From: Dictyostelium discoideum
Lineage: Eukaryota
Assembly (NCBI GenBank): GCA_000004695.1
Contig: CM000152.2
Span: forward strand, 1,888,001 to 1,952,000
DNA length: 64,000 nucleotides
Reading direction: 5' to 3'
How positions within the stretch are numbered: position 1 is the stretch's first letter; every line of letters begins with the position of its first letter. A program made the position numbers and the translations under genes. The notes beneath the pieces are model-generated. The model was given only the letters and a program-made list of their open reading frames with translations. It made no database searches and was not told the origin of the DNA. Of this stretch, positions 25,378 to 40,579 are shown one piece after another.

Positions 25378-28287
25378 TTATTTCTTCTTTTTAGTTTTTG
25401 ATGGATTTGTTTGAGATGATTTATTTGTTTTCTTTGCTGGAATTGTGATGACTGGACTTGAACTTTCAAAAGCCAAACCTGGTTCATCACTTCTTGCTAA
25501 AAGATATTCATTCAAAAAGATATTGACCTCTGAACTATAACCAAGACATTCTTGAGCGCATTCACGAATTTCACTTTCAGTTTTCATTGAACAAAGGAGT
25601 TCAGTGATAACAGAGACATCATTGCTAGTTAATGCCTTCAATTGTTGATGACACCATTTGATGAAATCTGGTCTAGCTTGACCTGGTACGGTGGTTGTGG
25701 TTGTTGGTTTTTTATTCAAGGTTGAAACTGGTGTATGCTTACTAACGATGGTGGCTTGTCTATTTGGTAAAATGTTTAAGGTTGGATATTCGTTGAATGA
25801 ACCGACTTGTTGTTGAACTGGTGCATTACTTCTAACAGAGAGTGATGGTTTGGCGGTGGTATGTTCTGACCAGAAATCATCAGTTGGTCTGCTTGTCATC
25901 TTATTGACTGCGGCAGATGATAAAGTGGCTGGTTGAGATGGTTGAGATGGTTGTGATACGTTGTTAATGTTGTTATTGTTGTTGTTATTGATTGAAATTG
26001 GTGAATATGAAGAATGGTTGTTGTTGTTGTTTGGTTTTCTTTCATCAATTGACCATGGTGATGAGGCGTTGAAAGTTGATTTTTGATGTTCTTGTTGAGC
26101 TTGTTGTTGTTGTTGTGCTAATTGTTCTTGTTGTTGTTTCTTTTCCTTTTCTTTGGCTTGTTCTCTCATGACATCAGAGAGTGATACTGGTTTCTTTCTT
26201 TCAAAGTCAGATGCATTATCAACGATTGGTTGTTCTTTCTTTTCACGAGCTCTCTCTTCCTCTTGGATATCTTTTAATGATAATGATTTAACGCCAAGAT
26301 CTACTGACCAAGTTGGTGTGCCTGCACCTGCCCATTTCATAACATTGCTAGAACCATGATTTTTGCTATTTTCAATGTTTCTAATTTTGGCCTCCTCCAT
26401 CTCTCTCTTCTTTTGCTCTCTTTCCTCTGCTTGAATCTCTGCTAATGATTTCTTCTTTGGAACAACTGATTCTGATGGAGCCCATGGATTTGCGGCTGAA
26501 ATGATATTTGTTTCTGTTGTGGTGGTTGTAGTTGTGGTTGCAGTGGTGTTATTATTGGTGATGGTAGTGGTAGATGTGTTGTTAGTGGTAGTGGTTTGTA
26601 TGGTGTTATTATTAATTTCTTCAATAGCATTTTGAATGGAAGCTTCTTCTTGTTCCTCTTCAATATCAATTGGAGCTTTTAATTCTTCAGTTTGGACGCT
26701 AAGGTGAGCAGTTGTGGTTGTTTTATTTTCTTGGTTATTTTGTTTAATTGATGTAGTCCAAACACCTTCATCTTCATTATCTTGTTGTTGTTGTTGGTAG
26801 GTGGTGGTTGAGGTTGTTTGTTGTTCAACTTGAGTTTGTTGTTCAGTGGTTGGTTGTTGTGGTTGCTCAACTGTATTTTCGTCCTCTTCTATGTTGATTT
26901 CTTCAGTTTGTTGTTCTAATGGTTCTTCTGGTTGGGATTGTTCTACTTGTTGTTGTTGCTGTTGTTGTTGTTGGTGTAAAAGTGCTTGTTGTTGTTGTTG
27001 AAGTAAGAGTGCTTGTTGTTGTTGAAGATAATAGTTTTGTTGTTGTTGGACTTGTTGGACTTGTTGAACTTGTTGTTGAGCTTGTTGTTGTTGTTGTTGA
27101 GCTTGTTGTTGTTGGAGCATATGTTGGAAAAGTTGGATTTGGGATTGTTGAGATTGTGGTGTTTGGATTGGTTGGAATTGTGTGTATTGATATTGAATTT
27201 GCATTAATTTTTGTTGATGTAACATACATTGTTGAGTATAATGTTCTTGTAATTGTTGGAGTTGTTGGAGTTGAAGTTGAGTTTGGTTATTTTGTTGTTG
27301 AAGTTGAAGTTGTTGGAATTGTTGGGTAATTGAACTAATGTATTGTTGGAACATAACAATTTTTTGTTGCAACATAATTTGTTGTTGATATAACATATAT
27401 TTGTAAGCTTGTTCACTTTGTTGTTGTGATTGATTATGTGGTTGTTGTCCCCACATTTGTTGCCACATTTGTTGTTGTTGTTGTTGTTGTTGTGATTGAT
27501 GATGTTGTTGATCAAATATTGAGTGTTGTTGTGGTTGTTGTTGTTGTTGTGGTTGTGGTTGTGGTTGTTGTTGTTGTGGTTGTTGTTGTGGTTGTTGTTG
27601 TTGTGGTTGTTGTTGTGGTTGTTGTTGTTGATGTTGTTGGTGTTGTGGATGTTGATGTTGATGTTGAGGTTGTTGTTGTTGATATTGTGGAGAACTAGTT
27701 CTTTCAGCTGGTGTATCATTAGAATCACTAATTGGATTAATACCAAAGGTAGAAGTTGTAGTAGTAGTAGTTGGATTGGATGATGATGAAGTTGGTGAAG
27801 TTGGTTCTAATGGACCAAAAGAGTTCATATCCTTTTTCTTTTGATCATCAAAGAGTGTTGGTTTCAAAAGATCCTTTTCAAATCTCTTTTCTAACTCCTC
27901 TTCGATGGAATCATGATCAAGTGAATCATCATCGTTCTCTGTGGAATTTTGGCTACTTGCGTCATCCTTTTCAAAGACTTTGAGATCACTAACCGATGAG
28001 AATGGAGCATCTGGATATGCATTCAACAACTTTTTCAATTCAACAAAATTGCCTTCACCTCTCTTTACCATTAAAGATACTGAAAAATAACCTGCTTTGT
28101 TCCAAGAGTCCATTTCCATACTACTGAAAGGTCCTTGAGTGCAATTTTGTGGATCTAAATAATACCATACCTTTCTATCATCATCCTTATTGGCTCTCCA
28201 ACTAGAAGATTGAGATGATGGTGATGGTGAATTTGCCCATTTTGGTTTTGACATTCTATCATGAGACACTAATAATTTTTTAAAAAG

Positions 28288-28333
<46 letters not shown>

Positions 28334-29128
28334 AGTAGTCTTTTTTTTTTTTGTGAATATTAAAAAATTATAAAAAGAAAATTAAAACTTACTATCTTTT
28401 CTTATACCTCTGTTCATAATATTATTACCCAAACCACCACTACCACCTCCTAATCTTGTTCTTTCTCTTGATTTTGAAAGGTTATTTTCAAAGTTAAAGT
28501 TTATTGGTGGTTGAACCTCCTCTGAAAGGATGTGTGTGTGAGAAATTAAATTTTCAGGAATCTTGGCCATTGGATCATAAAGATTCAATAACTCATCTTT
28601 AGAGTATTTTGTTTTGCTACCACCGCCGCCGCCACCAATGGATGTACTAACACCACCAGTGCTGCTATTCAATGAGTTGGTTGGTTTCATTCCTCCCATC
28701 TTATTGCCTACGCCATTGCTATTTTGATAAGATCCCCATCCACCACTATTATTATTATTTCCATTATTATTATTATTGCTATTATTAAATTCACTGCTTC
28801 TTCTTAAATGAGGTTGTGGTGATTGTGGTTGACCGTAAATGTTATTGTTATTTATTTTATTTTGTTGTTGTTGCTGTTGTTGTTGTGATGGGAATCCAAA
28901 TTGACCAAAGTTTTGTTGTGGTGGAGATTGTTGGTTTCCTGCCCATCTTGATGAAGGAAGTGGATTAGATGAACCATTGATACCTCCACTGCTAGTATTT
29001 AGTGGTCTATTATTACCTGTCACTGGTGTTTGCATAAAAATTGAATCTGGTGTGGATAATGGTGAATTATTCATTTGATTCTTCATTGGTGAAATTGAGG
29101 GATTAAATATTTGTCTGTTTACTGACAT
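25378..29128 (-). CDS. GYF-domain protein (GIGYF-like) with an N-terminal 4EHP-binding-type motif and an extensive poly-Q region. Two exons: 28393..29128 and 25378..28268, about 1208 aa.
   Basis: The GYF domain is 'WYYLDPQNCTQGPFSSMEMDSWNKAGYFSVSLMVKR'. Exon 1 contains 'KYSKDELLNLYDP' (YxYxxxxLphi). A GTAAGT donor and TTATTAG acceptor restore the frame (a + tg = ATG). The ORF-track start at 28269 is a GTG, not a real initiator. Confidence 0.7.
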
Positions 29129-29285
29129 TTTTGATTTTTTTTTTTTGTTTGTTTGATAATGTTTTTTTAAAAAAAAGATACTTGTTGGTTTTTAAAAAAA
29201 AGAGAAAACTAAATAATTTGTTTTATTTTTTTGCTTGCTGTGCTGTCTTTTTTTTTTTTTTTTTTTTTTCAAAATTAAAAAATTT

Positions 29286-29325
<40 letters not shown>

Positions 29326-30035
29326 AAAAAAAGAAGTTGGGCAGCAAAAAAAAAAAAAAAAAAAATTAAAAAAAAAAAAAAAAAATGTTAGTAACGAGTT
29401 GAAAATATTAAAAATAATTAAAAATTAAAATTAAAATAAAATAAAATAAAAATAATAAAAACAAATAGAAATAGGGATTTATTTGTGTATTTATATTGGT
29501 ACTTTATATGAAATGAAATATAAGTTTGAATGAAGAGCAAAAAAAAAAAAAAAAAATTAAAAATTTAAAAAAAAAAAAAAAAATTTCAAAAAAAAAAATT
29601 AAAAAAAAAAAAAAAAAAAAAAAAGATAAAAAGATATAGAAAAATAAATAAAACTTTGATGAATAATAAACTCTTTATTGGTGTTGATTTTTATTTGCCA
29701 TTATTCTCCTTTTTTTTTTTATTTTTTTTTTTTTTTTTATTTTTTTTTTGAACAATATAGTTTTTGGCTATTTAACTAACTTTTATTTGTTTTATTTTTT
29801 ATTTTTTTTTTTAATTTTCTAATAACTCTTTCTTTCCCTTTGTTATTGATTCACAAATAATACTATACAAGTATTAACAAAAAAAAAAAAAAAAAAACTT
29901 TATTTCTTTTTTTATTTTTATACATACAATTTAATTCAAAAAAAAATCAAAGGTTTGTTTTTGTGTGTTGTCTTGAAAAAAAAAAAAAAAAAAAAAAAAA
30001 TGAAAATTTTTTTTTTTCATTTATTGAAAAAAAAA

Positions 30036-30089
<54 letters not shown>

Positions 30090-30417
30090 AATGGTACTCC
30101 ATTCTTTGATTGTTTAAAAAAAAATATAATTAATTCTTTAATAAATAAATAATATTATTTTTTTTTTTTTAAAAATTATTTTTAAATATTTGATGGTGAA
30201 ATTATCTTTTTTTTTATTTTTTATTTTTATTTTTTTTATTTGTTTTTATTTTTATTATTATTATTATTATTATTATTTTTTATTATTTTTTATTATTATT
30301 TTTATTATTATTTTTTATTATTATTTTTATTATTATTTTTACTATTATTATTATTATTTTATACTTGTTATAGTTAATTTTTATTTTTATTTTTATTTTT
30401 TTGGTTAAAAAAAAAAG

Positions 30418-33054
<2,637 letters not shown>

Positions 33055-33104
33055 TTATTTTTTATTTTTTTATTTTTTTATTTTTTTATTTATTTGTTTA
33101 TTTA

Positions 33105-33135
<31 letters not shown>

Positions 33136-33191
33136 ATTTATTTTTAAAGTGGTTGTGACTTTTTTGTTTTGTTTTTGTTTTTATTTTTTTT

Positions 33192-33228
<37 letters not shown>

Positions 33229-33667
33229 TTTTTTTTTATTATTATTAGAAAAATATTTATATTTACAAATTAATAAGAGTGATTTTGTGAGAGTATTTTA
33301 ATTGAATAGAGGTAAGTTTTCGTTTGTTTCTTTTTCTATCTCTCTTTGTTATTCAACTGTCTTACCAAATATCGAAATATTTTTTTTTTTTTTTTTATTT
33401 TTAAATTATTTTTTTTTAATTTTTTTTTTTTAATTTTTTTTTTAATTTTTTAATTTTTTTATTTTTTCATTTTGGCACCAAATTGAAGTACCTTTTTTTA
33501 TTTTTTTAATTGTTGTGTTTTCATAAATAGGGTGGTGTTCAAGAATAATTAATTATTTATTTTTTTTTAAAAAAGTGTTGCTATGAATAATTAATTCATT
33601 TTTTTTTTTTTTTTTTTTTTCAATTTCAATAATAACTAAAAAAAAATATAAAATAATAATAATAAAA

Positions 33668-36569
33668 ATGTATCATATTATTTCGTCAAACATAAATAAT
33701 ATTAATAATAAATCAAATAAACCGAATGATAATAAAAATGATAAAACTAAATTTAATTCAAAGATCTTAGTGATTGTATTGATTGGTATAATATTCCATG
33801 CAGTATTCACATTAAGTATTTTTGATATCTATTTCAGATCACCATTAGTACATGGGATGACACCACATCCTATTAATTTACCAGCTCCAGCAAAAAGATT
33901 AGTTTTATTTGTTGGTAAATATTTAATATTACTATTCCACACCAACCCCTTTAAATTTTTAAAATTAAATAAATAATCATTTTGCAATAAAATACTAATA
34001 ATATTTTCATTTTTTTTGGAAAAAAAAAAAAAAAAAAAAAAAAAATAAAAATATTGGATTCCGATTTACATTTATGTATCGTTTTGGAAAAAAAAAAAAA
34101 AAAAAAAAAAAGCTGATGGATTAAGAGCAGATAAATTTTTTGAAATTGATGAAAATACAGGTAAATCTAGATCACCATTTTTAAGAAATATAATTGAAAA
34201 TAAAGGAACATGGGGTATTTCACATACAAGAGTACCAACAGAGACAAGACCAGGACATGTTGCATTGATAGCAGGTTTCTATGAAGATGTTAGTGCGGTT
34301 ACAAAGGGATGGAAAGCGAATCCCGTAGAATTTGATCATCTTTTCAATGAAACTACCTATTCATTTGGTTATGGTAGTCCAGATGTTTTACCAATGTTTT
34401 CAGAAGGTGTACCACATATGCAATCAGAATCCTATCCAGAGGAAGCAGAGGATTTCGCATCAGATGCATCAAAATTGGACACTTGGGTATTTGATAAAGT
34501 TCAACAATTACTATTAAATGCCTCAACCAATGATCAAGAATTGAACAGAAAGTTACGTTCAGATAAAGTATCAATATTCTTACATTTATTAGGTTTGGAT
34601 ACAAATGGTCATGCATATAGACCAAATTCAAAGGAATATTTTGATAATATTGCTTTGGTAGATAGAGGCATTGAAAAGATAGTAAAGTTAATCGAAGATT
34701 TCTATGGTAATGATGGTAAGACAGCATTTGTTTTCACTGCAGATCATGGTATGAGCAATAGAGGTTCACATGGTGATGGTGAACGTGCAAACACAGAGAC
34801 ACCATTAGTCGTATGGGGTAGTGGTGTGAGAGGTCCGTTATCATCAGATCTTCAAATGGAGAGAATTGCATCACTTCGTGGCAAAGCAAAGGAGATGTTA
34901 CCAGTTAATGTAGAAACACCAACCAATTGGAAACTATCATCATTGTTCCGATCAGATGTATCACAGGCCGATATTGCACCATTGATGACCTCATTGTTGG
35001 GTGTGCCAAGTCCATTGAATTCAGTGGGTGTATTACCCACCGAAATCTTATCCGAAGATACACCACAATATACAACTGCTGCATTACGTGCAAATACCTT
35101 ACAAATTTGGGAGATGTACAAAATTAAATCTTCCTCTAAACAGCAAAGTACCCTCATATTCTTTTCACCATTCACAAAGTTAAGCGATGCCGATAGAATG
35201 TTTGAAAGAATTGAGCAACATATTAGCCTCTCACAATGGGAAGATGCACAAATCCTATGCCATCAAATGATCGATCTCTGTTTAATGGGTTTAAATTATT
35301 TCCAAACCTATGACCGTCCCTTTCTTATGACCGTAATTACAATGGGTTATTTTGGTTGGATCATTACACTCTCACTTTATGTATTAAACAATTATACCTC
35401 AATTGGCATAGAGAATTGTAATCAACAGAAATTAAGCACACAAATGAAAAGATTCAAAACTTTATCAAATTATTTAATCTTTATCGAAAGTATTGCATTG
35501 GTTGGATTCTTATTGGCAACTGATGCTCCATTACTCTATTATCTCTATTGTGTGTTTTTAGTATTGTTTTGGGCGAAAACCATTCCATCGAATATTGTAC
35601 CATTATATATTTTCATTTGCGATTCTTTCTCACAAGTCTCTTCAACTCGTGGTCATTTCATCAATACAAATAATAGCGCAAACCTTTCAATCATAAAGAA
35701 TTTCATCATATTATCAGTCTCTGCCATCTCTGTTATGGAGTTATTGGTTGTCTCTTATTTCCATCGTGGTGTACTCTCTTTGTTATATCAAATTTTAGGT
35801 GTAGTATCTGTGTTTTTCTTTTACAATCGTTCTGGTGCTGGTAAAACTTCAACTTTATTAAAATCACTTTGGCTCATATCTTGCCTTTTAATGTCAATTT
35901 TCCCATCATTACCAATCGATTATGGTAGTGATACAAAATTGGTTTGTTTTGGTGGTATTTTAATTTCAATTTTAGGTGTTTTAACAAGTTTATTTAAATT
36001 TAGAAATAATTCAAAACAACAACAACAATCATCATCATCATCTCAACAAAAACTACAAAAATCAAAGAAAAATCAAATTATAAATTCAATTTTAATCATA
36101 TCAATTTTATTATCAAGTTTCATAGTTTATACTACAGATTCATCATTAGAGAAAAAGATTGGTTTACCATTCATTAATCAACTCTTAAGTTGGATCTTAT
36201 TGGTATCAGGTGTTCTCATTTTAGCAATCTATAGAGGTAAAGGATTTTATGACCATTGGACTTTCTTATGTCTTAGTCTTTCAATTCCATTCCTTTTATT
36301 ATCAATCTCTTATGAAGTACTCTTTTTTGGAAATTTAATTTTAAATTTAACACTTTGGATGTATTTTGAATTAAAGGTTGATAATGATCATACAATTCCA
36401 AAATTAGTTTCAATAACTCCAAATTCTGAACCTTCAACTTCTCTTTCTTTCTCAAAATCTGCTTCAAAATCAAATTTAATGAATATTACTCAACATGATA
36501 TCAGAAGAGCTATATTTTATGTATGTATTTTTTTAAATAATGAAAAGAAAAAAAGTAAAACAAAATATT

Positions 36570-36625
<56 letters not shown>

Positions 36626-37073
36626 ATAGATTTTCTTTTGCTATGTAGGATTTTTTGGAGTTGGTAATATCGCAAGTATAAGTAGTTTTGAAATTTCATC
36701 AACTTATAGATTTACAACCATTTTTAGACCATTTTTAATGGGTGCATTATTATTGGTAAAGATTTTCATTCCATTATTATTGGTAGCAATTTCATTCTCT
36801 TTGTTGAATAACAATTTGAATGTTCCAAGACCTGGTAGTTTCTTAATTGTAATTGCCTTAACCGATATAATGAGTATCAATTTCTTTTTCTTGGTTAAAG
36901 ATACTGGTAGTTGGTTAGAAATTGGTGTTAGTATTAGCCATTATGCAATTTCAAACGCTTTTATTATACTTCAATTATTATTATTCGCCGTTTCCGCTTT
37001 ATTAGTACCAACAACATTAAAATATATTAATAATAATAGTAATAATAATAACAATACAATAAAATCAAAATAA
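33668..37073 (+). CDS. pign: GPI ethanolamine-phosphate transferase 1 (PIG-N/MCD4-like). Three exons: 33668..33914, 34113..36520 and 36630..37073, about 1032 aa.
   Basis: The N-terminal TM is followed by '[18 protein letters not shown]...AKRLVLFV|[11 protein letters not shown]' (sulfatase-like metal site split by the intron). '[19 protein letters not shown]' and '[15 protein letters not shown]' are present, as is the C-terminal multi-TM '[41 protein letters not shown]'. Donors are GTAAAT and GTATGT. Confidence 0.8.
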
Positions 37074-37208
37074 ATTTAAAACAATTAAAATAAAATATAT
37101 ATTAAAAAAAAAAAAAATAATAATAATAATAATAACAATAAAATTATAATAATACTAATAGATAATTTTTAAAATTTTTATTGTTTAAATTAAAATATTT
37201 ATTATTTA

Positions 37209-38032
37209 TTATTTGTTTTCTTTTAATTTTTTAGAAATTACTTCACTCCATTGTTGAACTTTAATATTTTTAGATAAAAGTTCTTCTAAAATTTCAGAAG
37301 AATTAATATTACAAGGTAAACCTTTAGTCATTGCATCAGTTTTAATGGCAAGATTCATATAATAGAATGCAAACTTTTTGACAGATATAATATCATCTTC
37401 ATCCAATGGTGGAGGTGGTGTTGTTGGTTGTTGAGCTGGTGAAGTTGTGGTGGTTGTAGTGGTTGTAATTTTACTACTACTTGGTTTTTTACCAAATACA
37501 AATTTATGTGATGCTTGAGAGGAGGATGAAGAAGATGAAGATGATGATGACGAAGATGATGATTTTTGTAATTTTGTTAATTCATCTTGTAATTTTGATT
37601 TTTCTTTTTCTAATTGATTAATTTTTGATTCTTGATCTTTACATTTTTTCAAAGCATTATCTAAATCTTTTTTTTGATTTTTTAAACTATTTTTCTTGGA
37701 ATTCTTATCATTTGATGAAGAGAGTAGAATTGAAATTTCTGCTTGTACTCTTTCCAATTGTAAATCGGCATCAGTTTTCTCTTTTTTTAATTGTTCATTT
37801 TCTTGTCTAAATTGTTGGATTTCTAATTGATGTTTTTCAAACTCTAATTTATGATTTTCCAATAATGATTTTCTAGTTTGTTCAAATTCTTTCATTTGAT
37901 TCTTTATATCTTCTCCTAGTTTATTATTGTTAACCTTTAATTTTTGACATTCATCATTTGTTGATTTTAATTCAATTCTAGTTGTTTCTATATCTTTTTC
38001 AAGTTTAACTTTAACTTTATTCAATTCATCTC
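37209..38032 (-). CDS. Coiled-coil protein exon of about 274 aa ending at stop 37209. No ATG-initiated first exon was found, so it is either the 3' exon of the upstream RhoGAP gene or needs an unidentified 5' exon.
   Basis: The frame runs open from the acceptor AATAG|GA at 38033-38034 to the stop. Heptad-rich sequence 'ELNKVKVKLEKDIETTRIELKSTNDECQKLK...QLEIQQFRQENEQLKKEK' is followed by a poly-S/poly-T stretch and a C-terminal globular tail. The 250 bp upstream (38040-38292) is more than 95% AT with no minus-strand ATG. Confidence 0.45.
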
Positions 38033-38241
38033 CTATTTAAATAATAAAAAAAATAATAAATATATAATTTAATAAATTAAAAAAATAATGATAATTGATA
38101 AAAAATAAAAAAAAAAAATTATAAAATATAAAAAATAATGGAAAAATAAATAAAAAAAAATAGGAAGAGTATAAAATTTTATGGTTTTTATTTATTTATA
38201 TAAAAATGTATATAGATGTATATAAATGAAATTATTTATTT

Positions 38242-38281
<40 letters not shown>

Positions 38282-38292
38282 TTATGTACAAA

Positions 38293-39715
38293 TTAATTAT
38301 TAATAGATTTGAAATTATTATTGATAACATCAGTGAAATGAAGAGTTATATTATTAAATAAATTTTGAATATTTTCAAAATTTAAATGATTGTCAATAAT
38401 GTTATCAATGTGTTGGTGAACACTATTATTATTTTTATAGAGATAGAAACAACAAATGGATAAAATGATAGGTGAGATAATAATGATTGGTAGAAAATTA
38501 TAATTTTTACTCTCTAATTCTGTTTTGGTTTGTTTTTCGGTAACATCTTTAATATCATTTTTCAATGAATTAATATCATTTGCTTGATTTTTATTTGTTT
38601 CCTATAGGAAAAAAAATAAATTTAAAATATATAAGAATTTTTGTGAATAAGGTTTTTTTAATTTTTCAATCATAATAATTATAATAATAATAATAAAAAT
38701 AATAATTACTTTAAATTCATTTAATAATTCACCTAAACTATCCTTTTCTTCAGTTAAAGATTTATTAATATCTTCAAGTTCTTGTAATTTTTGTTCCATA
38801 CTGGTACAATAAGTTTCTAAAATTGATCTCTCACGAGCTTCTTCATTCAAATGTTTCTTTAATTGTTCTATTGTTACTTTAGCATCTTCCAATTGTTCAC
38901 TTGTTGATCTCTTATCTTCTCTAATACCTAAATCAATAGCTGAAACTTGGTATAATAAAGTTTGTTTAATTTCGTATAATACATGAAATTCTTCAATCAA
39001 TACTCTTACAACTTCACTAATACTATTGGAATCTGTCATCATTGATTCTAAACTCTCTTCTTTTGGTCTTAATAATGTTGGTGAGAATACAATTGCTAAA
39101 TTTGAACTTGTCATTTTATTAATACTTGAATGTAACTATTTTTTTTTTTTTTTTTTTTTATGTTAATAATAATAAAAATTGGAAATCTAAATAATAATAA
39201 TAATATAAAAAAAAACTTACTTGAATTGTATTTAAAAATTTTAATAAAATTTGAAGTAAATCATAATTTTCTTTTGGAAGTGCAGAAAGTAATGATTTTA
39301 TGAAAGAAATTTTTGAATTCTTATCCTTAATATCAATTGAAGCTAAAAAGTTTTTATATAAATCAAAGGTTAGGAGTGGTTCATCACCATCTCTAAGGAA
39401 AGCTTTTAAAGCACCACTAACACAATGAGAATCAATCTTTGAGAAATCAATTGAATCACCCTCACCATTCTCCAATTGTTTCTTTAATTCTTTAACTTTA
39501 GTATTGTTACCTGAAATTCTGCAAATACCTTCCAACTCTATACAATTGGTTTCCAAATAATGAATTAATTGTTTTATTGCTGCTATTACAATTGCTTTTT
39601 GTTTTTTCTTTTTTTCACCTGGTTTCAATATTTTTTTAAATGTTTTTGCCATTGTTTTATCTTTATTTCTTTTTAATGTTGTTGCTTGTGGGCTTCCACC
39701 TTCTTTTGGTTCCAT
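38293..39715 (-). CDS. RhoGAP-domain protein with a coiled-coil region and a C-terminal transmembrane helix. Three exons: 39221..39715, 38710..39135 and 38293..38601, about 409 aa.
   Basis: The RhoGAP signature is 'LEGICRISGNNTKVKELKKQL...DSHCVSGALKAFLRDGDEPLLTFDLYKNFL...LLSALPKENYDLLQILLKFLNTIQ', followed by 'NKMTSSNLAIVFSPTLLR'. Exon 3 ends with the hydrophobic 'FLPIIIISPIILSICCFYLY'. Donors are GTAAGT and GTAATT, and phases were verified against ORFs 39158, 38602 and 38293. Confidence 0.65.
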
Positions 39716-39920
39716 TTTTCTTTTTATTTAATTTTTTATTTTATTTATTTATTTATTTTTTATTATTACAAAATTACAAATACAATTATTTAAATTATTT
39801 ATTTATTTTTTAATATGTTGAGTGTTTTTTCAATGTTTTTTTCACTACAAATTTTTTTGGGCAAATAAAAAAAAATTGAATTTTGTTATTTATTTTAAAA
39901 TTAATTTTTTAATATTATTT

Positions 39921-39934
39921 ATTTATTTTTTAAT

Positions 39935-39978
<44 letters not shown>

Positions 39979-40016
39979 TTATTTATTTATTTATTTATTT
40001 TGTTTATTTATTTATT

Positions 40017-40067
<51 letters not shown>

Positions 40068-40075
40068 TTCTATTT
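39921..40075. repeat. (TTTA)n microsatellite with minor interruptions in the RhoGAP-cactin intergenic region.
   Basis: Direct reading. The 'ORFs' predicted across it (39822..40145 +) are repeat artefacts. Confidence 0.9.
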
Positions 40076-40579
40076 ATTGTTCTTTTTTTATTTTTTTGAT
40101 GATACAGTTATGTGGGTAAATTATTATTATTATTACAAAATGTGATACAATCAGCAAAAATGATGAGAGGTTTAAAAAAAAAATAATAAAGGGGTGGTTT
40201 TTGGAAAAAAAAAAAAAAAAAAATTGAAAAATATTTTTTTTTTTGTCAAAATTTTTCAAATAATTAAAATGATTCAAAGCACGATTGAATGAATCTTATT
40301 TTAGTCCTTTTTTGATTTTAATTTTTTGTTCTTTATTTTTATTTTTTTTTTTTTATTTTTACTTTTTTTTTTATTTTTATTTTTTTACTTTTACTTTTTG
40401 ACAATTAAAATGATTTAGGATAAAAGGTTTTTATTTTTTTTATTTTCCTTTTGTTTTTTTTTTTATTTTTAATTATTAATAAATAGAATAGAATTTTTAA
40501 ATAAATAAATGAAAATAGAATTTTTTTTAATAAATAGAAATAGAAATTTTTTTTTTTTTTTTTTTTATTATAGAAAAAT

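Noticed and set aside
28262-28269. ORF-track start of the GYF ORF at 28269 and of several other ORFs (32088, 38024, 42787, 63020, 31800).
   Set aside because: These codons are GTG/TTG in the sequence, so the track allows bacterial-type starts. Real eukaryotic starts are ATG, and they are supplied here by upstream exons or downstream ATGs.
39822-40277. ORFs 39822..40145 (+) and 40074..40277 (-) with 'LFIYLFIY' repeats.
   Set aside because: These are translations of a (TTTA)n microsatellite in intergenic DNA.
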